A stretch of DNA of 64,000 bases, from contig DF237047.1 of the NCBI GenBank assembly GCA_000708835.1, positions 124,001-188,000 on the forward strand, read 5' to 3'. The position numbers were made by a program, and so were the translations under genes. Under the pieces are notes generated by a model. That model was not told the DNA's origin and did no database searches. It saw only the letters and a program-made list of their open reading frames with translations. The stretch comes from Klebsormidium nitens. Taxonomy: Eukaryota > Plantae > Klebsormidiophyceae. This document shows positions 1 to 11,404 of this stretch, one piece after another. The stretch's first letter is position 1; the number at the start of each line of letters is the position of its first letter.

Positions 1-465
1 GGAACAGAACCAACACCAGCTTCCTTTACTCCGGTCGGCACCACCTGCTTCTCTCCAGTTTGGATTTCTGAGTGGAGCCCGCTTCGTCAGAACGAAGAGT
101 GTCGAGCTACCATATATCCGGTGTGCATTTCTAGAGTTGATCAACGTGTATGCTTTATGCTGCTTGTGCGGCAGGGTTATTACGTTTGCGTCTTCATCCG
201 ACTGTGGAACTTGTAGTGCTTCAACAATCTAGCATCTCCGTATGTTTGGACTCGAATGCGAAGATCACAATCAGTCACCGTTCTCGTCCGTACCCTCTGT
301 GTGAACAGGCCTTCCTTTGTTCACTCCTGCACCTATCTCTTCGTCAACGGCCATTCACATCGATGCGAACGGCCACCCTTGCCTCTATCCAATGGGCAGT
401 TGCTTGACCATCAAATAGATGTGAATGACCCCGCTTCGGTGTGAACGCCCACTCTTTGCCTGCAG

Positions 466-2532
466 GAGGAGCCCCTGTCCGTCCGATACGGGCTGGGCAT
501 TCCGTCGTTGGACGCGGAGGGCCGTCTGATCACGGCGGAATTCGCGGACTTTTTCGTGGTCTCCGCGTACGTTCCAAACTCCGGCGACGGGTTGAAGCGG
601 TTGGAGGAGCGGACGCAAGTCTGGGACCCCGCACTGGCGCAACACCTCAAGGTGGGTTAAGATAGTTTGCGTAACCTGAAAACTCGCAGAATATTCCTTG
701 CGAAAATTTTCTCTTTCTAAAATCCTAAGATCTGGCGACGGTTGAAGCGGTTGGAGGAGCGGGCGCAAATCTGGGACCCCGCTTTGGCGCAGCACATCGA
801 GGTGGGTTAAGAAGGTTTGTGTAACCTGACTTATGTGTTCTGGCTAAATCCTTGAGAGGTTCTGAGGCTTTTGCAAAAGGTCCTCATGTGAGACCCGAGT
901 TTCTTGGACCTCCCGAAAGCACCGAAAGCACTAGCGGTCGTCCATGGATCACTCAAGTCCGAGGCCCCGGAATCGGCGCAGCACTGAAAAAATACTCTCA
1001 GAGTTTTGTGATCTGCGCCCTTCGCTCATTCTCTGACATGGGCCGCGACCTCGTTGAGAAGATTGGGCACTCAGAGACGGGTCTATTGCTTATTTGTAAT
1101 GGAAAAAGGGCGGCCGATGCTGGCGTGTTCGTCCTCTTCGAAATAGAGTGGACGGAAAACTTCCCCTCGCTTCGCAGGGACTGGAGGCGTCGAAGCCCGT
1201 GGTTCTGACGGGAGATCTGAACGTAGCCCATCAAGAGATCGACATCTGCAACCCGGATGTGAGTCCGCCTTTTCTCGTTTGAAGACGTCAGCGTGACGTC
1301 AGCACCCGATCAGCACGATGGCAGCCTTACGGCAGGGATGCATTAGCATCTAAGATGACGTCAGCTTCTTAAGGAACTGGGTACGAGCACGCTTGTGCCG
1401 GCCAAAAGCTAAAGTTTCGTGTACCTAATAAGCCTTGTTCCTTGATCAACAAGGCTTGCTTGCATAAACCTGCAAAATATAGAGCTGCGCCCCGGCCGAA
1501 ACATCTCTATTGCGAATCCCATCTGGCTATTTCCAGATCCCTAGGTACTTCAACAGCTCATTGGCTGGCTCGTACACAAAGTCTATCGCATCTGCTTGTC
1601 TTTCGTGCTCATTCGCTGACGCATTTGTCCTTTCTGTTGCAATCATTCGCTCTTCTACAGTAGAAAGCAATCTCTACAAACCACTTTTTCCTATGGTCAT
1701 TTCTTTTTGTACAAGCTTAGGCACCTGGGCCCATGGCGCAGAGGCAAGCAAATTCGGCGTTCGGGCTTCATCAAAAACTGTTCCTATTGTAGTTACCGAG
1801 CGGTTACTAACAACGAAGCAACATGACTAAAATGACATGCTAATCCCAGGGCAACAAGCGGAGCGCTGGCTTCACCGTTGAGGAACGCGAGTCGTTCGAG
1901 CGTCTGATAATGGCCAACGGTTTCGTGGACACGTTCAGACGTCAGCATCCGAAGGCGGTCGGGTACACGTACTGGGGCTACCGCTTCAACTCGCGCGCCA
2001 GCAATCGAGGCGAGTTCCGGTTTGTTGTTTTTATTTTTCTTTACTTTTCTCTTTTTGCTTCTTCTACTTCTGAGTTCAGTGCGTTATGCAGCAAACGGCT
2101 AGTCAGGAGACTCACAGCAATGCGATGCAGTTTGGTTCGTTGTGCAATCTTTCTTGCGGTGAAGTCGCTGTAAGGGGGCGTGGCAATACACAAAAGCGTA
2201 GCGGCAGAGGACTAGAGAACACTAGTATCTGGTGGCCCGATTATTACCGCGTGGTCATGCGCTGACGTCATTTTCTGGCGACCAGCTGGCAGTAACTAAT
2301 GGCCCTCTGTCGCTGTTGACGTCACCTGTGGACGCGTCCGCCTTCGCCCTCTTCAGTGAAATGAGACGACGACTAGGCCACTGACTACTAGTTATCTTTT
2401 CCCCGCGCAGGATGGAGATTAGACTACTTCGTTGTTTCAGAAAAGCTCGCGCCTCTAGTTCACGATTCGTACACTTTACCGAACGTCTTGGGGAGCGATC
2501 ACTGCCCCGTCGGCTTGATAGTAAAGACTTGA
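466..2532 (+). CDS. ARP: AP endonuclease / exonuclease III family (ARP/APE1-like), 5'-truncated by the window edge
   Basis: Exons 466-651, 1178-1258, 1850-2009, 2411-2532 join in frame: ...[87 protein letters not shown] and SDHCP are ExoIII-family motifs. Intron 2010-2410 needs a GC donor (G|GCGAGT). Confidence 0.93.
731..829 (+). repeat. Intronic echo of the 3' end and donor of the first AP-endonuclease exon in the window
   Basis: Near-copy of 581-679 including GT at 802 (real donor 652); a more decayed copy lies at ~951-990. Confidence 0.9.
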
Positions 2533-4772
2533 CTCGATCAATGGCCGTATCTTGAGAGTGCCTTCTTTGAGATTCCTAGTTGCGCTTCGACCGACGCAGA
2601 GTTTGCACGTACTGATACTTGAAGGTCTCGCGGAATTTGGATCACGTAGAACAGCATGCTTTACAATACCCCCAGAAAGATGTGGGCGTTCGCAAAGGTG
2701 GCCCCTGTATTGATTGGGGCAAGCAATGTGAGAAACCGTGACCCTAAGCAGCAGTAGAAAGGAGCGTCCTTAAATGAAAGATGATTCGTGTTGAGTTTAT
2801 CAGTCTTTTTGAGCCATGTATCTTGTGTGCACAGTATTCTGAGTATAGATCTACGAACAGGCGTTCTAGCGGGTCAATGTATTGCTGACCTGATTGGTTG
2901 CCAATGGGCAGAGTCGGTTGCGAGCGTTTGGAATTGGCAGTTCCCCATGCACTGACACGCACATAGGGCGCATGACCGCCAACTTCGAACACAATTGGAC
3001 GGCTTTCGGAAGCTACTATGCGTTCACCATCTCGTTGATCCGGGTCCAATCGGGCATCCATGCGCCGGATATATGCTTCAAAGTTGACTTTATTAAGCAC
3101 CGCGCAGCACGATGGTCTGCAACATTACTGCAATTCATGCATGTGATGGTCTTCATTCGTTCTCGCCGTAGCGTCAGGTTGGAATAGGCCGTATACAGGC
3201 TTCTCATGGCATACACGTATCAAAGATGTGTGTGTCTCAATTCCAATAAGAGCATGCATATATCCTCCGGACAGCTGCTAACATCCTCAGGTGGCTGGCA
3301 GCTGTTTTCACTCTGTTCGACGTGCAACTAACATAAGGACAGATTTTTTTGGAGAAGGCGGACCTACTTCAGGCTCTGTTCAATGCCCTTCTCATGCCAG
3401 CTAGGGCTTCAAGCTTCTCAGCGCAGACCCTCGTCAACCGTTGTACTGCAGTCACAAGCTTGCATGGGGAGGACCTATAACGAAAGGCTACCGTACTGTG
3501 GCCGGAAAAGCTAAACGTGCAAGACGACTACAGGCTTACCTACTCAATCAAGCTGCAATTCATCTGCATGTGGCAGCCACTGGCAGCGGCCGGCCGGCCG
3601 CGCCGCCGAGCCGGCCGGGCACTGGAGTTCAAACCTGCAAACCCCGCGCAGTAAACCCACACAAAAGGCCGCCGCGGCTTGGCGCCCGCGTCGCCGCCTT
3701 ACCAGCGCCGCGCCCGGACCGTAACGCTACCTTGCTGAACTTGCGCCAGTTGCTGTCTGTCGCCTCAGCCTCATGCGCTTTTCTTTTTGAGATTGATTAT
3801 ATGTAAGTTGCTGCCGCGGGAGTCTGAGAAGCCAGAATTAGCCCGCAAAAAGAGCTTAGAGAGTCATTCGTTGAAGCATACAGCTTGGCCTGTTCAGCTC
3901 ATGCTGCCGCAAGCTGTCAATACTGTATTGTTGTCGCCAATGTCTTCGGCAGTAAGATTGCAGTCAAGGCCAGTAAGCCGCTTTTCTACGGGCCTTTCTT
4001 TGCCCTATGGCGTCCGCCCCTCCATAAATTCCGCGTTCGAAGCTAGCGGTCGACTGGGCACATTTGTGTCAAGAAAGGTAATGTTAAAGGGTGGTCAGAT
4101 CCTGTGAAGATTCCTTCGTGTCAACTTGAATTCGTACGGGATGCTGGCAAGTTGATAGGAATTGCTTTCAGGTGCATCCAAAGCTCGAAATAGCTCTTGA
4201 CGACTGGTAGTCCTGGTGTGTTCTGGATTCTCAAGGTTGTGAACTACAGCAAGAAAGTGGAGTTGGCTTGTTTGTATCGCTGCTATACATGTCCGTCGCT
4301 ACTCACAAGCGCGCAATCTGTTCTGCAGCTTCCTACAGCATCATGCGCTGCATCCATATTCGCAAAGTCTCACCTTAGCGTGTCCTCTGACAGCCACACC
4401 TTTCGTGGGCTCAGCTCCTCAAGACAATCCTTGTTGAAGGTATAGTTTGATCTTCTCAGCTCAGGTACCTGACTCAATTAAGTCACGCATTTCCAGGCTC
4501 CTGTACATCTATTAAGATAGTTTCTTGACATCTCAACAAGACAAATATTCCTGCTTATGTGACTGTCGGCCACATATGATCACGTCCGATTGCCATACTA
4601 TGTGGTAGAGTTTGACTTTTGACTACTTCGCACGAATTAGGTCGCTTGTTCGGTATCTGCATTAAGTCCTTTCAGGAGCAGATCGTAAACTTGGGTACTG
4701 TAATGTGGAATTCATAATGCGTTCCCGACTGAAAGTTGTTATGATGCATTGCAGAGGAGCTCAGTCGATAAA

Positions 4773-5198
4773 ATGCACAGGGGTGCCTCAACGCCTCCTA
4801 CTGGCACCTTGTCGGACAGCGAAGGTTACGTTGAAAGAAACGAGTCCGATTTCACTAAGGAAGAACTCGATGACATAGAGGCATACACTATCGTCCACGT
4901 GGGCTATGACGAAACTGGCTTGCTCATGTGGATCTGGATCTGCCCCAAGAACTACAAAAAGGGGGTGCCAAGGTTGCGGGTTTCAAGGTCATATGGACAA
5001 GTGGTTTACAAAGACTGGTTCACGATGACAATCGAAGACAATCCAAGAACGTTTGGGGACAGAGGGAACATCTCTTCCGGCGACGTTCTTCTAGTCAAAA
5101 AGTTCATCCATAAGAATCGGACGGTTTTAGAAAGATTTTGGGAGCAAGAGGAGGATTATGATTGGACTGAACTTCTTGCTGATTTGCAGACGGTGTGA
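4773..5198 (+). CDS. Hypothetical protein in a single coding exon (~141 aa), DUF4160-like pattern suspected
   Basis: Uninterrupted ORF from ATG 4773 with an acidic N-terminus, then a globular-looking segment (ETGLLMWIWI..PRLRVS..WFTMTIEDNPRTFG..ISSGDVLLVKKFIHKNRTVLERFW). Family resemblance is from memory, not from a search. A YAG acceptor at 4753-4754 could add upstream exons. Confidence 0.6.
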   Translation: MHRGASTPPTGTLSDSEGYVERNESDFTKEELDDIEAYTIVHVGYDETGLLMWIWICPKNYKKGVPRLRVSRSYGQVVYKDWFTMTIEDNPRTFGDRGNISSGDVLLVKKFIHKNRTVLERFWEQEEDYDWTELLADLQTV

Positions 5199-6836
5199 CA
5201 CCCAACTGGAGCTTTACCTCTTAACTGGCTTTTGACCATTTTAGCCTAGCATGCGCCGCATATGGAGTCTTTCTACAATATGCATGTCACTGCGCCCCGG
5301 CCGACTTGCATGCAATTGGAAAGCTTCATGATAAACCGTCGGGCATATACACTGAATCAGGCATAGGCCCGCCAGATTGGGCACAACTGATGTATACACC
5401 GTCTGGACCGCGACTCTACCAAAAATAAGTCAATGATACTCATCTATACTACTTATATCATTCGTATGATCGCGCGCGATTCAAAGATTTAATGTAGACT
5501 ACATATTAACGATCTCGACCCGAAAAAACTTGGAGCTGCTGAAAGAAGGATTGCGCGCATGCGCGTTGCAACGTGCATATGTCGTTGAAAACGTTTCCAC
5601 TTTCTCAATGTATAGGCCGCAATGCACACGCTGAAGCTATATCGCGGCGGCCCTGCCAATACACGGTGGCATCATTTAGCAAGTACGTGGACATAAAGCT
5701 AGCTGTACGGTAACGCGTGTGCACGTACAGGCTAGGACATGTATGTGCCCTGATGAAGATGAAATCAAACTTGTTACCTGATTTACTATTCCTAATGTCC
5801 CCACTGTTCCCATTATTCCCAATGACTGTTCTTGTGTGGACAGGTAAACTTTGTTTGAGATCCCTGTCCAATGCTCATGTCCGGCCGTTCAAATGAATTT
5901 GCCCGCTGGCGGCACACATGACTGGGGATGGCAGCGCTGCAAAATGCTAGCCTCTTCAATCCAAGCCTGCTGCTTCAGACATCCAAACGGTATACTCAAG
6001 TTTGCAATCAAGATTGGGCAAGAACGTTGTAGGGGAATGACAATAGGACTATCTCACTCATCATGACCAACCCGCGCAAGCTTTCGCTAAGCTCAACCGA
6101 TGAACAAAATTCAAGCACGTCCCTGGAATTCGCCTCGCCGCTAACAAAACTCTACACGCGATTGCAAGACTGCAACTTCTTGTCTTCTGCCCGTTTGGGC
6201 ACTTGCAAAAAATCTGCCTCGTGCTGACTCGAGCCTCGGTGCACGTTCAAATTGGCACGATGTCTATCAAACACAAACCCTGTGACCGAACTCTCGTTGA
6301 CTAATATGACTAAAGCCGTGAATAAGCATCCCCCTTCGCTAGGGCTTACAATGTTCCGTGGACTGAGTTGTCGCCGACAGTCGTAGCCTGGACCAGATTG
6401 GCGCCATGGACTTGGCCCTCAGCCTCCATCGAATTGGACGGTGCCACGGTATCTGCAGGTGCGGGCAAACAAGGGAGGACTTCAGATTCAGCGACTATGC
6501 ACTTCTTTCGATGCTTTCGGGTGTCTTTGCGAAAACCCCCCTGGAAAACTCACGTGAGCTTACGTTGGATGGGATCAGAACAGTGCCTTAAACGTGCGGA
6601 GGACTTGCAAAGCCTTCTGCCTGAAGGGAAATCGCGGATCAGAATCAAAGACTGCGAAAGACTTTTGAACCGCCCTAGAGAGAGGGGCAGCACTACGTAA
6701 GTTTGAAGCACAGCGAATCAAGCGACGCGGACGCTTCACCAGTGGGCAATCGTGATCGTCCGGTTAACTCCCGTAAGCCCTTTCCGCAACGACAGTCGTC
6801 AATACTCGGCCGAAGCCAGGCTAGCACCGACTTCCT

Positions 6837-9800
6837 TCACTCACCTGTTCTGAGCCCGGCTTCTTCCGGCGCAACCTGCGCCCCATTATGCGCGCCCCCG
6901 CTTTCCGGCCCAACCCGCTCTAGTTGCCGCCCGTCCAACCCCCGCTGCTCCAGCGGCACCCTGGCGTCATTGGCAACCCATCCCTCCACCCGCTCCATCG
7001 GCGGGATGACGTCATCCTTCCCGTCCGCCCGCGGCAGCACCAACTTCTTCCCGGGGAGGTCGAACCGTGGGTGGTCCAACACTATATCCGGCTCCAGCGC
7101 CACCCCCCCGGACGTGGCGCCAATCTCCGCTTGCAGCACGTGCATTGGGAACTGAATAATGTGATGTCGGACGGGCGCGAACGCTTCTCCCGGGGGCCGC
7201 CGCCCATGCGCGGAGCCCCCCCCGGAAGGATCGACGGACAGGTCGATGTAGCTGACTCGGCTGTGGTGCGTGGAGTCTGCGCCGCCGTGCAGAGACCCCC
7301 CGCCGTGAAGGGAAGGGTTGAGACGCCCGCCGCGGATAGAAAGCCCGACGTGCGAGTCGGAGTGGGGCATGAAGGCTTCGCCGCTGCCGGTGTGGTGCGT
7401 CAGGTCTTCCATGGGGACGTCGAGAACGTCGGGGGACCACCAGTAGAGGGGGTACTGCGGATGGAAGGGAAAGCATTTGCTTATCTACATGAAGTTCAAT
7501 TGTGTTTTCCCGCCAGAGTCTTTTAGTAAAAGAGAAGGGGCATGGGAACGTCCAGCACGTTAGGGAATGGCCAGGACAGCAGGTGACTGCGCAAAGGGGG
7601 GTAGAATCGTTTGGGCTTTTCTTCTACTTTCATTTCTTATTCTTAAGTTCTCCCGAGGGGTAGTAGTAAAGCATGGGAACATCGACAAACTAGTACAGCG
7701 GCTTCTGTGCGGAATGCGGGGTCTGTTTGACAGTGAATGAGGCTACTCTGCAGTCTTTTGACGGTTCCTGCGAGATTGCACCGAAAGTAGGGGTCTCGCT
7801 TGCCTCAAGCTGGCTTGTTCAAATGTCCTCTATTTTCATCTGTTTCTTCGACCGAAAGGGAGTTCCCGAGGTTTATCTGGGGTTTCTTCGGCGAAGCAAT
7901 GTTGTCGTGTCCCTACTGTCGTCCTACCCTTTACTTCAACCGAAGGAAGTAATTCCCAACGCGAACAGTGCCAGCTCAAGAGCTAACCATCAATCAGACG
8001 TTGATAAGTGGCGCTCAACGCTGTGGAGGCAGCTTTCTATGGAGCTTGCAGCCTTACATGACGCTGAATGTTGTTGATGATCAGAGCCACCAAGAGCAGA
8101 AGCAGCGCCCCCGCCAGGACGGGAATGACGATGAATAAACCCTTGAGCCGCAGCGCAGGGGGAGACGTAACAGCGATCAGAGCGGTCGCGCCTCCTGGGG
8201 GGTGTACCTGCACGAAGGACTTGCCCCCCATTTGAGTAGCTCGATCATGAAGGGGTCTTCGAAGTGCAAAAAGAGGGACGCGAACGGTGACTAAAGGGCT
8301 TGCATACTTCAGGGTCTCTACCTGCGGATTAAAAAGGGCTGTTCATTGAGAAGCCGGGTTGTGACTGACAAGGATACCACTGTCGAAGTAACAGAAGGGG
8401 TTCTTCAATCCATTCGTCGTCATGCCTTGCAGCAACACTCCTTAAGCAGAATGTTGGAACAAGCGTGCAGAGGAAGTCCTTTTGCTCGGAGACAACTTTC
8501 GAATGAGATCTGGAACCTAATACCAAAACAGCCAAGTTGAATATAATCGTGTTCGACGTCAAAAGGCATCGACGGAATGGAGCAATCACACTCATATCAG
8601 AACGAGAAAATGTGGCTCAAGGTGCTAGAAATGATGCGAACATAGACATACCAAAGAAACCCGAGAACCTCGCTTTAAAACAAAGTGGGAGACACCCTCA
8701 AATGAGTCTTCATACCACTCTTCCGTTGTGCAATTAGAAAGGATAAGTTTATTGATTCAAAAAGCGCCGGTTACCAAGAGAAGCATCAGACTCGGCTGTG
8801 GAGGCGCTCAAAACGTTATACAATGTCACCATCAGCCATGTCTGCCATTGCCCCATGCCAGAAAAGATGGTCTCCGTTGTATACAGCAGAGCACCAGCTC
8901 AGGAAGCTGAACGGTCAGGCAAACTTTTCGATTCCTCTCGAAAGTCTCAGAATTTCTATCAAACACGTCAGGATCTAATACCCATTCGCCGGCCAAGTCC
9001 TCTCGGATGTCAAATGTCAGGCGGGAATGAGAACGAGGTTGTCCTATGAACACACCAGAAGAGTAAGTAAGCTTACCGTGCGTGTAAATTGCATCAACAC
9101 GACTGCAGTTGCGACTGCCATGCCTGCCTGTACCCAAACATACTTGTTGCTATGGCCCGGGTATGCCAGGCCCCCGGCGTCAAAAGCTTCTGAAGAAGAT
9201 AAGGGGAACAATTTAAAGCAGGGAACAATCTAAAGCATGAGACAATGACTGTTCAATAATCGTCCTGATATAGCAACTAGACATAAAGCAGTTGTCTGGA
9301 TCTTTTGTCTGAGATACCGTCTGAAGGGGAAAACAGGGACCTTGTTCCATTCCTACCATGCCATGAGAGGTTCCATGACAATTGAAATTGAGCAGATGGA
9401 GAAACTGGGCTGTGCAACATCTCAGCACTCCTACAACAGGTTTGAGAATGAGCTTTCCCTGGAGGAAAGTTCAAGACAAAGAACATTTGATCGCACGTGT
9501 TAACGTCAGCTGTTGGAATGTCGTTTCAGACACCTGGAACTTGTAAGTATTCAGTTTTTGGTTCAAGTTTCAAACACCTGAAACGACCCACTTGACTTAT
9601 CCACATCTGCTTCGGCCTCTTGCGGAAACTTCAAAGCCTACTCTTTGAAACCTGCAACAAGCAAGCGTCGAGCAAGAATGACTCACCAGCAACTGCAATG
9701 CCAACGCAAGCCGACAGAACGTGCCCCCCCACTAGGTTTCTCGGCTGCGCGAGCGGCGAGTCGATTGCTCCAAACACCAGAACCGCCGACGCCCCGAAGG

Positions 9801-10296
9801 AGCCGATTATGAAAACTAGGTGTGTGTGAATCTTCTCATGCAGGATCTCATCTGTTGGGGCGTACCAGGGGACATTGTATGTGAGCACTGCCAACAGAGC
9901 GATGCCACAGAATGCAGCTATCCAGGACCAGAATAAAACCCTCAGAGTTGGCCGGGGGGGAAAGAGACCCTCGTTGGCCCCCGTCCACTTTCTCACATAC
10001 TGCTTGACGGTCCAGTTGAGGGAGAAGCCGGCCTTGCTGTCCGGCGCTTCTGCTGCGCGCAGGTTGGCGAGCGAACGCTTGACACTGTGATAGTGGACCA
10101 GCCCCACATGATGAATATTCTGGAGAGCGCGTGGTTTCCAGGATGACCTGCGGCTTCTTGATCCCCGCCGGCTGGCAGGGGCGGCTAGCTTTGAGCTGTC
10201 ACGTCTCTGTGGCTGTTCAGTTTCAGTATCGGGAGTGCTTACATTCTGCGCAGCTGGCTGAAGGGTGAGCTCAGGAGTGACAGCCTCAGGCGCCAT
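6837..10296 (-). CDS. HPP-family integral membrane protein (~496 aa) with long hydrophilic N- and C-terminal extensions
   Basis: Exons 10296-9687, 9189-9077, 8207-8058, 7454-6837 join in frame: IIGSFGASAVLVFG..SPLAQPRNLVGGH..VHPPGGATALIAV..LIINNIQRH|YPLYWW. All introns are GT-AG. The start ATG (MAPEAV) is uncertain; upstream exons may exist towards 11300. Confidence 0.88.
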
Positions 10297-11404
10297 AGAA
10301 ACAAGAAAGGGGGGGAACTGCCACCAGTAGTACACACGGAAAGTATCAGCCTCAAGAAAGCTTCGATTGCAGTTGTGCGCTCCTACTCAAAGTTGGCGTT
10401 CATGTTCAGTTCAATGCCTGTCGTGGTCAAGAGCAAAGCATCGTGAGCGGGGACTACTGGCCATACATAAGAGGCAATCAAGGAAGCGGCTTACTACGTT
10501 CCCAATAGAGGTATAATTTCTAGTAGTCCTCAATAATGACACACAAGGCAGAGCAGCAGAAGACTGTGTGTCATTGCTGTTTCAGCTGCATGTGTATGGT
10601 TGGACAGGTCACAGAAACAGATGGATGAAGTCTGTGTCTACACCACTCTTGCTGAATTTGTTGCAGGTTCAAGCGGCGCCAAGCTGAAGGAAACAGGTGC
10701 AATGCATCATCCGTCATAGGCTGTCACCCTCCCTGCATTGCATTGCCTTGAAAGACGCTCCTGCAGGTGCACTAGAGCAGACGTCGCCTCCATTTCCTCC
10801 AAGATGTAAAGCACGTATTGCACTGTGCAATGCACTGTGCATGCAGGCTTCACTTCAGTGTAGTCTGTGTGTACAGTGTAGCCTACTACCGGTAGTACAG
10901 TCTACAGAGTACGGTACCTAGCTGCAGGCCCTCCTGTGCATTTAATGCACATGTGGCCATTCGAGATTGTGAAGGGACTGGGGGGTGCGGACGCCCCCGA
11001 AACATTATACGAGCGTCCCCCCAGGAAATTTCGCAACTTCCTCTTTCCCACAGCGGTTTTGAGCCGTCGATGGCAGGGCGGACTTCCAGACCTCGGCATT
11101 CAGAGCATGCCACGTCAGAACAACACCATCCAGCATCGAGGGTCTTGCACCGTGGATGCTCCTGACTCGACGGCTGTAGACATGTATCTTCACATTGAAC
11201 TGGCGACGGCTCCCTCGCTCTAGATGCTGGACCCTGGTGCATGATGAGCACCCAGGCAGCCACACACACGCAGGAAAAAATGGCGATAGCGATGGTTTGC
11301 GTCCTCGTCTAGCGCATGCTGGTGGCCTTGGTGGTTAGGGTGACTGGTTATGAGTAGCACTTAAGGTGAACCCACCCTTTCATTGTAGTAGTAGGCGTTG
11401 CACC

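Noticed and set aside
2744-3216. Overlapping - strand ORFs downstream of the AP endonuclease
   Set aside because: No recognisable motif, interrupted by stops, and no consistent splice model.
6703-7526. + strand ORFs of 150 and 200 aa
   Set aside because: Antisense shadows of the HPP terminal exon.
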